DNA of 64,000 nt, taken from NCBI GenBank assembly GCA_043749505.1, contig JAYVDI010000084.1:7339-71338 (forward strand). The letters run 5' to 3'. The notes beneath the pieces are model-generated. The model was not told the origin of the DNA, did no database searches, and worked only from the letters and a program-made list of their open reading frames with translations. Positions within the stretch are counted from its first letter, which is position 1. Every line of letters starts with the position of its first letter. The position numbers and the translations under genes are program-made. The DNA is from Schlesneria sp. (GTDB lineage: Bacteria > Planctomycetota > Planctomycetia > Planctomycetales > Planctomycetaceae). Below, one piece after another: positions 16,911-26,769 of this stretch.

Positions 16911-16929
16911 GTGATGTCTCCATCTGAAA

Positions 16930-17003
16930 CGAGATCGACGGGACTCGAACCCGCAGCCTCCAGCGTGACAAGCTGGCGATCTAACCAATTGATCTACGAC
17001 CCC
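16930..17003 (-). tRNA. tRNA-Asp (anticodon GTC)
   Basis: The reverse complement folds by hand as GGGGTCG-TA-GATC-AATTGGTTA-GATC-G-CCAGC-TTGTCAC-GCTGG-AGGCT-GCGGG-TTCGAGT-CCCGT-CGATCTC-G. The anticodon arm and T arm closely resemble the E. coli tRNA-Asp sequence as I recall it. CCA is not encoded. Confidence 0.9.
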
Positions 17004-17538
17004 TCGTTATTCCAGCCAAGCCACACATGCAATCTATCTCACGGTGTGAACCAGCCAGAGCGGGCAGCGATTCTAACGCCACCGATCTCACAGTCAAGCA
17101 AGCCTGATCTCACTCAATCACTCATCAGGTAAGGTGGGGTGATGTAAGTTCCGATTATTACGCTGAAGTTGATCGACTGCTTGGCGTTATCGTCACAAAA
17201 GTTTGATGAGGGCGCAGCAAGGGTTTGCCAATCCGAAGAGACAGGCCAGGAGTCGCCTCATTCGCCAGAACTCATCGCGAGCTGGTGAGACGGCCCCGCG
17301 ATGTCGCCTTATCTCGCTCAGCATTCGAGCAACCTCAGCCTGAATACTTGGCAATAGGCGGCAAAAACTGCGCGACCCCAGTCTTGGGTTGCCGTGAACT
17401 TTGTAGGGAGTCTTGTTAGATTCTCGCGCGTCGCGTCGTGATCAGATGCGGAATCAAGACTCGGCATAGTGGTTGCTCGCCGTGGGCGAGTGGTGGTGAT
17501 TTTTTCGCGCTCAACCTGATTTTGGAAGGCTTCGTGTT

Positions 17539-19740
17539 ATGAGTGGCAGTGCATCGCGGATCAATGCAATCAATGCAGTCACAAACTTTGAGTCAGCTCC
17601 GGCTCCGCTGAACTTCGCAGAGACTTCAGCGGGCGAACTGTTCGGTTGTAATGTGTTCAGTCAAAAGGTGATGAAGGATCGTCTCCCGAAGAGTATCTAC
17701 AAGTCGGTCTTGAAGACGATTGAGATGGGCGAACCTCTCGCCGCCGATGTCGCCGACACCGTCGCCGCCGCCATGAAGGACTGGGCCATCGAGAAAGGTG
17801 CTTCGCACTACGCTCACGTATTCCACCCGCTCACCGGATTGACTGCTGAAAAGCACGACAGCTTCCTCAATCCAGATGGAGCGGGTGGAGCGGTAGCCGA
17901 GTTCAGCGGTAGCGCCCTGATTCAAGGCGAGCCAGACGCATCGAGCTTCCCCTCGGGTGGCATTCGCGCCACATTTGAAGCACGCGGCTACACCGCTTGG
18001 GACGTGACCAGCCCGGCGTACATCCTTGAGAACGCCAATGGCACGACGCTCTGCATTCCGACCGCATTCTTCTCGTGGACCGGTGAAGTTCTCGACAAGA
18101 AGACGCCGCTGCTCCGCTCGATGAAGGCCGTCAATGTCCAAGCCCAGCGCATCCTGAAGCTGTTCGGCCACAAGACGCCCGCGCTCGTCGTCTCGACCTG
18201 CGGACCCGAACAGGAATATTTCCTGATCGATCGCAACTTCTTCTTCGCGCGGCCCGACCTCATCAACGCCGGTCGTACGCTGTTCGGTGCCCCGTCTCCC
18301 AAGGGGCAAGAGTTCTGCGATCAGTATTTCGGTGCGATCCCCGACCGCGTCCTCGCCTGCATGTTGGACGCCGAACGTGAGATGTTCAAACTCGGCATTC
18401 CAGTCAAGACCCGCCACAACGAAGTGGCTCCGAGCCAGTACGAGATCGCACCGGTCTACGAGAACGCCAACGTCGCAGCGGACCATCAGCAGCTCACCAT
18501 GCTGATCTTGAAGAAGGTCGCTCAGAAGCACGGTCTGGAATGCCTGCTGCACGAGAAGCCGTTCGCTGGCGTCAATGGCTCGGGCAAACACTGCAACTGG
18601 TCGCTCGGCAACGCGACTCAGGGCAACCTGCTCGAACCGGGCAAGACCCCGCATGAGAACATGCAGTTCCTCGTTTTCTGTGCGGCTGTAATCCGTGCCG
18701 TTCACAAGCACGGGACGCTGCTGCGAGCCGTCGTCGCCCACGCGGGCAACGATCATCGGCTGGGTGCCAACGAAGCTCCTCCGGCGATCATCTCGATCTT
18801 CCTCGGCGAGCAGCTTTCCAACGTGTTCGATCAGATCAAAACCAGCGGTTCGGCGGCGACCAGTATTCAACAGGGCATGATGACCGTGGGAGTCGATACG
18901 CTCCCACCACTGCCGAAGGATGCGGGAGACCGCAACCGCACCAGCCCGTTCGCTTTCACCGGCAACAAGTTTGAGTTCAGAGCAGTCGGTTCGAGCCAGT
19001 CGATGGCGGGACCGCTCGTTGCTTTGAATACGATCATGGCCGAGTCGCTCGACTACTGTGCCGCTGAACTGGAAAAGGTCGCGGGCGGCGATGCGGCGAA
19101 GTTCGGCTCAGCGGTTCAATCGCTGCTCAAGTCGATCATCAACGAGCACGGTGCGGTGATCTTCAATGGCGACGGCTACACGGAAGAATGGCAAGCCGAA
19201 TCGGCCCGACGCGGTCTGCCGAACAAGAAGCAGACGATCGACTCGCTGCCGGACCTCACCGACCCCGCCGTCATGTCGATGATGGAAAAGTACAAGGTGC
19301 TGACGCCGCGCGAACTCGAAAGCCGCCGCGAAATCTACTTTGAACAGTACGTCCTCACTCTGAACGTCGAGGCCAAGCTGACGCACGAGATCGCCAAGAC
19401 GATCATCTACCCGGCAGCCGTGCGTTACCAAAGCGAACTCGCCGCCGCCGCAGGCAACTGCAAAGCGGCCGGTGTTGAGTTCGATCTCTCGTTGCTGACC
19501 AAACTCAGCAGCCTGATCAAGTCGCTGAACCAAAGCGTCGCAGTGCTGGAGCATCTGAACGAAGAAGGTGGTCATGGCGGCCATGGCGTCTCGAACCCGC
19601 AACAAGCGGCCGAGCGCTGTGCCAAGAAGGTCAAGCCCGCGATGGAAGCCGTCCGAGCAGTGGCTGATGAACTCGAAGGGATCGTCGCCGACGACCACTG
19701 GCCACTGCCAACCTATCAGGAAATGCTCTTCATCAAGTGA
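17539..19740 (+). CDS. glnN: Glutamine synthetase type III
   Basis: 733 aa, the size typical of GSIII, with GSIII-like sequence throughout ([11 protein letters not shown]..., [10 protein letters not shown]). ATG with GGAAGG upstream. Confidence 0.9.
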   Translation: MSGSASRINAINAVTNFESAPAPLNFAETSAGELFGCNVFSQKVMKDRLPKSIYKSVLKTIEMGEPLAADVADTVAAAMKDWAIEKGASHYAHVFHPLTGLTAEKHDSFLNPDGAGGAVAEFSGSALIQGEPDASSFPSGGIRATFEARGYTAWDVTSPAYILENANGTTLCIPTAFFSWTGEVLDKKTPLLRSMKAVNVQAQRILKLFGHKTPALVVSTCGPEQEYFLIDRNFFFARPDLINAGRTLFGAPSPKGQEFCDQYFGAIPDRVLACMLDAEREMFKLGIPVKTRHNEVAPSQYEIAPVYENANVAADHQQLTMLILKKVAQKHGLECLLHEKPFAGVNGSGKHCNWSLGNATQGNLLEPGKTPHENMQFLVFCAAVIRAVHKHGTLLRAVVAHAGNDHRLGANEAPPAIISIFLGEQLSNVFDQIKTSGSAATSIQQGMMTVGVDTLPPLPKDAGDRNRTSPFAFTGNKFEFRAVGSSQSMAGPLVALNTIMAESLDYCAAELEKVAGGDAAKFGSAVQSLLKSIINEHGAVIFNGDGYTEEWQAESARRGLPNKKQTIDSLPDLTDPAVMSMMEKYKVLTPRELESRREIYFEQYVLTLNVEAKLTHEIAKTIIYPAAVRYQSELAAAAGNCKAAGVEFDLSLLTKLSSLIKSLNQSVAVLEHLNEEGGHGGHGVSNPQQAAERCAKKVKPAMEAVRAVADELEGIVADDHWPLPTYQEMLFIK

Positions 19741-19831
19741 TGCCCATCATCACGAACCCCGTACCGTAGTCCCGTCGCTCCGCCGACGGGACCACTCACG
19801 CGGGAAACAAGACCATTTCCATCAACTCATC

Positions 19832-19869
19832 GCGGCCCGAGGTGCCTCCACCTCGGGCCGCTTTCGTTT
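19832..19869 (+). terminator. Rho-independent terminator of glnN
   Basis: A 13-bp perfect stem GCGGCCCGAGGTG / CACCTCGGGCCGC with loop CCTC, followed by TTTCGTTT. Confidence 0.75.
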
Positions 19870-20010
19870 GATCTGCTCAATCCTCGTCACGTCCTGTCTG
19901 TTGACTCGCGATGCTGATGAGAACCTGAAAGACTTCTGACCACGCGGCGAGTTCGTCGCGGGCGGCTGATCGGATTCGATTCAAGTCGTACCTGTCCACA
20001 ATCACGGAGA

Positions 20011-20711
20011 ATGACTGCCATGCTGTTGCGTCGTGAGTTGGTAATTGTTGGTCTGATTTCGCTGATGTCGTTCAGCACAAGTTGGTCTCAAGAGAAGAAG
20101 GAAGCCCCCGTCGTGCCGCCGCGCGAGGGGAAGCGGGAGGTGGTCGAGGTCTTCAATGGGAAAGACCTCAAGGGCTGGGTGGGCAACGAGAAGCTCTGGT
20201 CGGTCAAGGACGGAGTCATCATCGGGAAGAACACCGAGGAGGTGAAAGTCAGCACCTATCTGCTGACCGAGAAGAACTACAGCGACTTCCGCCTGACGTT
20301 CGACTTTAAGCTGGCCGAGTCGGAGATGCACTCGGGCATCGCGCTGTGGGCCGCATCGCGCCGGACAAGGGCGACCCGCTGACCTACGCCGGGCATCTGG
20401 TCATGTTTCCGTCGGGCCACGGATTCTATGACCTCTACGGCCGCCAGATGATTCACCAGAACAACGAGATCGCCAAACCGCTTAGCAAGCAACACGACTG
20501 GAACAGCTACGAAATCCTCGCGCAGGGGAACCGCATCCGATTCGTGCTGAACGGCAAACTGATCTCGGACTGGCGCGAGCCGGAGCCGGAACGGATCAAG
20601 GACGCCCCGATCGGCCTCCAGTTGCACTCGAACAAGGCGGCTCAAGAGGTTCAGTTCAAGAACCTCAAGCTGGAGACGTTTCCCGAGGACAAGCTGCTGA
20701 CGGTGAAATGA
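20011..20711 (+). pseudogene. DUF1080 (3-keto-disaccharide hydrolase-like) secreted protein, interrupted by a single-base frameshift
   Basis: ORFs 20011-20382 and 20346-20711 together form one DUF1080 protein (FNGKDLKGW...VKDGVI...NRIRFVLNGKLI...PIGLQLH..VQFKNLKL). The frames join at the G-run in CTGTGGGCCGC near 20347-20350. One extra G would restore ..ALWGRIAPDKGD... ATG at 20011 or 20020. Confidence 0.7.
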
Positions 20712-20907
20712 AGAAGGCGGAGACCCTGTCCTCCGGAATTGACACCGTGAGCAGGTGGGGCCAATGACCACGGTCAGGAACGGAGCTGACATCCCTTTAG
20801 GATTAAGCCGCAGACTTCATCCGCTCAATTGGAATCCTGAATCCTCCCAAAACGTCGGATGAACTGGTTATACCTCTCTCATCCCGGGCCGGGTGAGGCA
20901 TCGCCTC

Positions 20908-22386
20908 TCAAATGAAGGTCTTCAGGTACTCGCGAACGCATAACTTCTTGCGGGTGTTATCGGAACTCATGTATCGAATGGTTCCGTAGATGGGACGCTC
21001 TGGTCCCCACGCGCGGTCGTAACGGCCGAGTACCCAGAAGATGCCGGAGTATGAATTCGGGTTGCGGCCATCGAGGGCGTATTTGTTGTTGAGTTCGATC
21101 ATGACATCGAGAGCGTCCCGAGGCGTTGCGGTCCATTCTAGAATCTTCTTGCCCCACAGCATTCGCAGATAGTTGTGGATGCGGCCTTGGCGAACGAGTT
21201 GTGTTTGCGCGGCGTTCCAAAGTGGATCGTGCGTTGTGGCTGCCGCGAATTGTTCCAGCGAATAAACGTACTGGCGAGGATCTCGCTCATGCTTGGCGAG
21301 AGTCGCTTGTGCCCAATCGGGGAGCGATTCGTACTGGTCGTAATCGTCACGGTGCGAGGTCATGTTGTAGCCCAGCTCACGCCAGGTGATGAACTCATCG
21401 AGCCATGACTCGGCTCCGGGACTCGCGCCCCACCAGCCCTCGCGTTTGCCGCCGGTGTTCTCGCCAAGCGACCCTGGCGACCATTCTTCGCGCGTCATCA
21501 ATTCTTGAAACAATTCATGAGACGAGATGTGGCCGAAGTGTAGATACGGCGAAAGGCCGCTGCGGTTTTCGGCATCGGGATCGTTCGCCCCTGCCGCGTA
21601 CTGTGTGAGATGCTGGTCCAAAAACTTCGTCAAGCGCTGCCGAGCCAGCGTTGATCCACCACGCGCTTCGACGATGCCGACCGAGTGGTCAATCGGCAAT
21701 GCCGCGAGTTCCGCACTGTCGCCAGCCAACAACTTCGCCGACACCGGGGGCCAGCGCGTGGTGATCTCCGGCGGCAGCGACTGGATTGGTGGAAGACGCA
21801 CGCCACTCAAAGGGTTCGGCTTCGGAAATTCTTCAAGATGCGGGAGCAATTGCTTCTGCAGGTAAGCTCGGAACGAGAATGCCGTTGTGAAAACTCGGTC
21901 TGTGGCGCGCAACGGCAGTAGGCCGTTTGAATCCACGGACTCCAGTCGCACCGACAACCGAGATGCCGCTGCCGAAACCATGTGTGGCAAAAAGGCTGAC
22001 GGGAAGTCATCCGTCACGACGACGCAAGCTCGCCGGGCCAACGCCGCCAGCAATCCCTTGTCGGCGTCGGGCCATGGTTCGACATACGGAAAGTACATCA
22101 CGCCGGGATTGTTGAGCGCGGCGATTCGAGCGGCATTTTCGGCCATGCCGTCGATCATGAAGCAATGAATCCGATCGCTCGCCCATCGATACCCGATTCG
22201 TAGTGGCTCGAAGATCACCAGCGGCTTTTGCAACTCAACAGCCAACTCCACCGCGCGTTGCAGGCTGAAATTGGAAGATAGTCGCCGAAATGAGATCATC
22301 CAATACAACACGAATTCGCCGTCCGCTCGAATCGGCGCGTCGTTGCAATTTTGAATGCGAATCTTTGGAACGAGTCTGGCACTCAT
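20908..22386 (-). CDS. phr: Deoxyribodipyrimidine (CPD) photolyase, class II
   Basis: From the ATG at 22386 (MSARLVPKIR...) the protein is 492 aa. YWM..RR N-terminal motif. C-terminal HNYLRMLWGKKILEW...LDGRNPNSYSGIFWVLGRYDRAWGPERPIYGTIRYM is typical of class II. The track ORF extends 162 codons upstream into the neighbouring gene and is not credible there. Confidence 0.85.
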   Translation of the reverse strand: MSARLVPKIRIQNCNDAPIRADGEFVLYWMISFRRLSSNFSLQRAVELAVELQKPLVIFEPLRIGYRWASDRIHCFMIDGMAENAARIAALNNPGVMYFPYVEPWPDADKGLLAALARRACVVVTDDFPSAFLPHMVSAAASRLSVRLESVDSNGLLPLRATDRVFTTAFSFRAYLQKQLLPHLEEFPKPNPLSGVRLPPIQSLPPEITTRWPPVSAKLLAGDSAELAALPIDHSVGIVEARGGSTLARQRLTKFLDQHLTQYAAGANDPDAENRSGLSPYLHFGHISSHELFQELMTREEWSPGSLGENTGGKREGWWGASPGAESWLDEFITWRELGYNMTSHRDDYDQYESLPDWAQATLAKHERDPRQYVYSLEQFAAATTHDPLWNAAQTQLVRQGRIHNYLRMLWGKKILEWTATPRDALDVMIELNNKYALDGRNPNSYSGIFWVLGRYDRAWGPERPIYGTIRYMSSDNTRKKLCVREYLKTFI

Positions 22387-24326
22387 CAGAAATTCAACCT
22401 CCAGAGAGTCAGGTTCAAGATGACGGCGAACGAGGTCCACGCCAGATACGGAACCAGCAACAACGCCGCAGTGCGCGACTTGGCTTGAAACGCGAGACAG
22501 GTCGCGACAATCGAGAGCCAGAGTACGAGGATCTCGGCGAAAGCGAGGCCAGGGCGTTGCAGGCCGAAGAACAGAAATGACCAGAGCACGTTGAGCGCGA
22601 GTTGAATGACAAACCAATTCAATGCGGCCCTCGCGGCACTCCACCCGTGGCCACGCCACACGAGCCACGCGGCGACGGCCATCAGAAAATAGAGAGCAGT
22701 CCAAACCGGGCCGAAGAGCCAGTCGGGCGGATTCCAATTCGGTTTCGCCAGCGTTTGATACCAGCCGCCGACGGATGTCGCCGTGAAGGCCGCTCCCAAA
22801 CCAGCAGATAGGAAGCAGACGGCCATGAAGCCAACCAACCACGCCACCTGTCGAAGCGCGGTCGGTTGCCACGTTGTTGTTTCGACTGAGCGGCGAGCGG
22901 TGCTCGCGATGCCGTTCAGCATGCCGCCGAACACAAACTCATGCAGCGGGTAGATCATGTACCAATAGGCTAAGCCCGTCAGGCCAATCGGATCGAACAC
23001 TGCGGTTTGTCGAATGCGCGAACCGTTGTCCGTCGGCTCGACTTCAAATTCGAGCCACGCTCGGCCGGGAAGTTTCATCTCGGCGGATAGTCGCAAACGG
23101 CGACTCGGTTCCAGCGAATCGACTCGCCAGCAATCGACGGGATCGCCGACTCGCAGATCAACCGCATCTCGCCGACCGCGTCGCAAGCCGACTCCACCGA
23201 CGAGCAAATCGAGCCAGCCTCGAAGTCGCCACAGCCAGTTGCCGTAGTACCAACCGGTTTTACCGCCAATCCGTTGAATCGGAGCGAACGCGGCTTCGAC
23301 CGGAACATCGACTTCAACTTCACGCGAATCGACCAGTCGCGTTCCGAATCGGATTCCACCCCAGCGATTGGGGCGGCCTGAGGCACTGATTGCATCGGAC
23401 CAGCGTGTGGCCGTCAGTTCGTGGTCTTCGTTGACGAGCGCTCGCGCGATGGCGTCGCGGACGCCGCGCGGGCGAATCGCGAACACTTCGTGGGCGTGCG
23501 AGTTCGTGACCACGGTCGGATTTCGCAGGCTCTCGACCAGCTTGCGGCCGATGCGAGCGTAAACGGGAGTCACCAGTCCGAGCCACAAGCTCGACAATCG
23601 TGGCGAAAGAAACGGCACCGAAATCATCCAGCGTTTCAGCCCGCGCTGTCGCGCGTACTCTTGCATGATGTCGCCGTAGGAGACTTGATCCGGACCGCCG
23701 ATCTCGAAGATGTCGCTTGGACCTGCGGGCAAGTCAATCGCGGCCAGCAGGTAGCTCAACAGGTCTTCAATCGCGATCGGCTGCGCCGGTGTTGACACCC
23801 ATTTCGGGCAAATCATCACCGGAAGTTTTTGCACTAACGTTCGGATCAGTTCAAACGACAAGCTGCCGGAGCCAATCACGATCGACGCCCGGAACTCGAC
23901 AACTTGTGCGCCCGATTCGCGCAGGATCGCGCCAACCTCTTGGCGGCTGCGCAGATGTTTTGAGAGTTGCTGCTGCTCGTCACCCAAGCCGCCGAGATAG
24001 ACGATGCGCCGCACTCCGCTTCGTTTCGCGGCTTCGGCAAAGTTGCGGGCGGCGACGCGATCTTCGTCCTCGAAGTCGTTGCCGGTCCCCATCGAATGCA
24101 CGAGATAAAACGCGGTTTCGATCTCTTCGAGAGCAGACTCCAACGTCTCTGGCTGCAACACATCTCCAGCGACAATTTCCGTCTGCGGCCCCACTCGCGG
24201 CTGCAAGAACTCCGGTCGCCGAGCCAGGCAACGAACCTGATGCCCACGCTGTTCTAGCAACGGGATCAATCTTCCGCCGACGTAGCCTGTGCCGCCGGTG
24301 ACAAGAATTCGCGAACCAGCAGACAT
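22386..24326 (-). CDS. Fusion protein: NAD(P)-binding SDR/NmrA-like domain, DUF2867, and C-terminal TspO/MBR (tryptophan-rich sensory protein)
   Basis: 646 aa. N-terminal ILVTGGTGYVGGRL Rossmann motif. Central DUF2867-like region (GKTGWYYGNWLWRLRGWLD). The last ~160 aa form a 5-TM TspO domain (WYQTLAKPNWNPPDWLFGPVWTALY...VPYLAWTSFAVILN). Its stop TGA shares one base with the photolyase ATG (TGATG). Confidence 0.8.
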   Translation of the reverse strand: MSAGSRILVTGGTGYVGGRLIPLLEQRGHQVRCLARRPEFLQPRVGPQTEIVAGDVLQPETLESALEEIETAFYLVHSMGTGNDFEDEDRVAARNFAEAAKRSGVRRIVYLGGLGDEQQQLSKHLRSRQEVGAILRESGAQVVEFRASIVIGSGSLSFELIRTLVQKLPVMICPKWVSTPAQPIAIEDLLSYLLAAIDLPAGPSDIFEIGGPDQVSYGDIMQEYARQRGLKRWMISVPFLSPRLSSLWLGLVTPVYARIGRKLVESLRNPTVVTNSHAHEVFAIRPRGVRDAIARALVNEDHELTATRWSDAISASGRPNRWGGIRFGTRLVDSREVEVDVPVEAAFAPIQRIGGKTGWYYGNWLWRLRGWLDLLVGGVGLRRGRRDAVDLRVGDPVDCWRVDSLEPSRRLRLSAEMKLPGRAWLEFEVEPTDNGSRIRQTAVFDPIGLTGLAYWYMIYPLHEFVFGGMLNGIASTARRSVETTTWQPTALRQVAWLVGFMAVCFLSAGLGAAFTATSVGGWYQTLAKPNWNPPDWLFGPVWTALYFLMAVAAWLVWRGHGWSAARAALNWFVIQLALNVLWSFLFFGLQRPGLAFAEILVLWLSIVATCLAFQAKSRTAALLLVPYLAWTSFAVILNLTLWRLNF

Positions 24327-24372
24327 TAGTGAGATCTCGATGACGAACCGGGAACGGCAAACACGATCAACG

Positions 24373-24406
24373 CGAAAACACCTGAACCGAACGACGGCTC
24401 AGGTGT
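24373..24406 (-). terminator. Rho-independent terminator of the fasciclin gene
   Basis: On the minus strand: ACACCTGA, a 13-nt loop, TCAGGTGT, followed by TTTTCGC. Confidence 0.55.
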
Positions 24407-24468
24407 TGTTGCAGAGTTGGCAGGGAACTCCGGCGAGCACCGGTGCGGGGAAACACACTCGACCACTA

Positions 24469-25491
24469 TTAGCGACGGAAGTGTCGAGTTTGGACCAGAG
24501 AGTATGTCACTCGACCGGTGGTCGGACAGACGTTCGACACAATTGTCGGCTGAGACGGCATGACGTGTGAAGTCTTCACCGTGGCGGCTGGAGGTAACAT
24601 CACACTGTCAATCACATGAATGACTCCGTTCGAGGCATCAATGTCGGTCGCGATGAGTCCGGCACCGTTGATGGTCGCCGCACCGTTCTTCATCGCGGTG
24701 GTCAACGTGCCGCCATGAACGGTCTTCAATTCCGCCTTGCTCAGCACTTCGTTGGAGAACACTCGACCCACGACAACGTGAAACTTCAGAATTGCCGCGA
24801 GCTTCTCTTTGTTCTCGGGTTTGAGCAGGCTCTCGACCGTACCGGCTGGCAGCTTCGCAAACGCTTCATCCGTCGGCGCGAAAACGGTCAGCGGCTGATC
24901 GCCAGCCAACACTTCCACGAGACCAGCGGCCTTAGCAGCCGCGAGCAACGTCTTAAATGTTCCCGCCTTGGATGCCGTCGCTGGAATGTTGTCCGCAGAG
25001 GGCAGCAGCACTTGATCGATCACGTGAATGATCCCATTCGAGCAATGAATGTCGGCCTTCACGACGGTCGCTTGATCGACTCGCACGTTGCCATCCTCGG
25101 TCTTGATGTTCACTCGCTGTCCATTCACCGTCACTGCGGCATTCAGCTTGACGACCTGAGCCGCCGCCACGTTGCCAGCCACGACGTGATACGTCAGCAC
25201 CGACACGAGTCGGGCTTTGTTTTCCGGTTTCAGCAGCGTCTCCACCGTTCCGGCTGGCAGCTTGGCGAATGCTTCGTCGGTCGGAGCAAGAACCGTGAAC
25301 GGCCCATTGCCTTGCAGTGTTTCCACCAACCCGGCGGCCTTCAAAGCTGCCGCCAACGTCTTGAACGACCCCGCCTCCACTGCCGTCGTCACAATGTCTT
25401 TGCCCGCCGCATCCGCAGCCATCAAGCTGCCTTGAGTCAGGCTGATCGCCGCCGCTGCGGCCACACTTAAAAAGAATCTTCGATTCAACAT
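24469..25491 (-). CDS. Secreted fasciclin (2 x FAS1) domain protein
   Basis: 340 aa with a signal peptide. Two FAS1 repeats, each with [13 protein letters not shown] / [17 protein letters not shown] and NG(I/V)IHVID motifs. Confidence 0.85.
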   Translation of the reverse strand: MLNRRFFLSVAAAAAISLTQGSLMAADAAGKDIVTTAVEAGSFKTLAAALKAAGLVETLQGNGPFTVLAPTDEAFAKLPAGTVETLLKPENKARLVSVLTYHVVAGNVAAAQVVKLNAAVTVNGQRVNIKTEDGNVRVDQATVVKADIHCSNGIIHVIDQVLLPSADNIPATASKAGTFKTLLAAAKAAGLVEVLAGDQPLTVFAPTDEAFAKLPAGTVESLLKPENKEKLAAILKFHVVVGRVFSNEVLSKAELKTVHGGTLTTAMKNGAATINGAGLIATDIDASNGVIHVIDSVMLPPAATVKTSHVMPSQPTIVSNVCPTTGRVTYSLVQTRHFRR

Positions 25492-25856
25492 GTCGCTCTC
25501 CCCAATCTCTAGTTCTGGAACTTCCTGAACGATGCCCGACCTGAAATAAGTCGTTCAAATCGTTCAGTTTGATTCAGACCGCCTTCGCCCAAAAGGCTTA
25601 ACCAGATTCTTGATTATTTCAATTTATACTTCACGCAACCAGCTCGCCTAGGTACCTCTTCCCATCGCGGCGTAAAGTCGGTTGTGCGTGGTCACCCAGA
25701 TTCGAGTGTGACTAGGCGTTCGTCCGGCCACCAGGTTTTTGACGGTAAATGAACGTTTTGGATGTTTTTTGTGTTGAGGGTCTTCGCGACTGACGGTAAT
25801 GTCTCAACCAACTTGGAAAGTCCGACAAATTCACCAGTCCGCTTTTGAAGCGAGTC

Positions 25857-26762
25857 ATGCAACACCTTCTCTCACCAAAGCAAGTGGCCACTGCGATTGG
25901 GGCCAGCGAATCATCGCTCAAGCGGTGGTGCGATCAGGGATTATTGACGACGGTGAAGACGGCGGGCGGGCATCGTCGGATTTCGGTTCAAGAAGCTTTG
26001 CGATTCGTGCGCGAGCACAATCATGCGGTCGTCGAGCCGCGAATCCTGGGGATGTCTGCCACGGATGACCGAAAGGCACGTCGGATTGAAGGCTGTGCCG
26101 AGCGCCTGGCAACGGCACTGCTCACGAACAACGAGCAAGCCTGCCATGCCATCGTGTTCGATCTGTTTCTGGCTGGTCAGCCGGTGAGCCAAATCTTTGA
26201 CGAAGTCATCGCCGTGGCATTTCGGACCATCGGTGAGAAGTGGGAATGCCACGAAGCCGACATCTACGAAGAGCGGTGCTCGTGCCAGATCGCCTTGCGG
26301 ATCTTACATGAACTGCGGTCGAAGCAGACGCCGCCGAACTCGGGTCTCGTCGCGTTGGGGGCGACCATTGAAGGGGATCAGTACTCGTTGTCGGTGACGA
26401 TGTCCGAGATTGTGCTGCGCGCGGTCGGCTGGGATGCCCGGCTGCTCGGTTCGTCGATCCCGTTTGATTCGATGGCGAATGCCATCCAGCAGCATGAGCC
26501 GCGAATGTTGTGGCTCAGCGTTTCGTACATCCCGAACGAGCCGGCCTTCATCGCCGGTTTCAATCGCTTATCCGAGGCCGCGTCCAAGACCAACACCGCT
26601 GTCGTTGTTGGCGGGCGAGCGTTGACGACCGAGATTCGGACGCGACTCCGCTACTCCGCCTTTTGCGACACGATGCGGCATCTCGAAGAGTTCGCCAATA
26701 CCTTGAGTCGGCAAGCGGAGATTGCTCCCAAGAAAACTCGCAAACCACGAAAGAACGCTTGA
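25857..26762 (+). CDS. HTH (excisionase/MerR-type) regulator with B12-binding-like helical and Rossmann domains (CarH/LitR-like architecture, non-canonical motifs)
   Basis: N-terminal LLSPKQVATAIGASESSLKRWCDQGLL..GGHRRI HTH. Middle helical bundle IGEKWECHEADIYEER. C-terminal flavodoxin-like domain VALGATIEGDQYSLSVTM...WLSVSY...VVVGGRA. ATG at 25857 (the track uses a TTG at 25845). Confidence 0.7.
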   Translation: MQHLLSPKQVATAIGASESSLKRWCDQGLLTTVKTAGGHRRISVQEALRFVREHNHAVVEPRILGMSATDDRKARRIEGCAERLATALLTNNEQACHAIVFDLFLAGQPVSQIFDEVIAVAFRTIGEKWECHEADIYEERCSCQIALRILHELRSKQTPPNSGLVALGATIEGDQYSLSVTMSEIVLRAVGWDARLLGSSIPFDSMANAIQQHEPRMLWLSVSYIPNEPAFIAGFNRLSEAASKTNTAVVVGGRALTTEIRTRLRYSAFCDTMRHLEEFANTLSRQAEIAPKKTRKPRKNA

Positions 26763-26769
26763 GGCACCG

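Noticed and set aside
17348-17364. A sigma-54-like promoter TTGGCAATAGGCGGCAA upstream of glnN
   Set aside because: The GG and GC dinucleotides are separated by 9 nt rather than the required 10, and the -12 element is poor. That is not enough to call a promoter.
17476-17506. A hairpin CTCGCC-GTG-GGCGAG followed by TTTTTT upstream of glnN, considered as an attenuator
   Set aside because: The stem is only 6 bp and the T-run lies 10 nt away from it. That is too weak to call without expression data.
17626-18870. A 414-aa antisense ORF inside glnN. Similar long shadow ORFs occur at 44357-45475 (ribD), 60963-61937 (lolE-like), 52552-53625 and 54178-55188 (gyrB), 5399-6415 and 6902-7717 (giant gene), 24616-25470 (fasciclin) and 41015-41773 (fabG, alternate frame).
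   Set aside because: High-GC genomes produce long stop-free antisense or alternate frames. These translations are Arg/Gly/Asp-rich with no recognisable motifs, while the overlapping frames match well-known families along their whole length.
22387-22872. An N-terminal 162-codon extension of the photolyase ORF
   Set aside because: It overlaps the 3' end (TspO domain) of the upstream gene in another frame and has no photolyase similarity. The ATG at 22386 begins the conserved region and overlaps the upstream stop.
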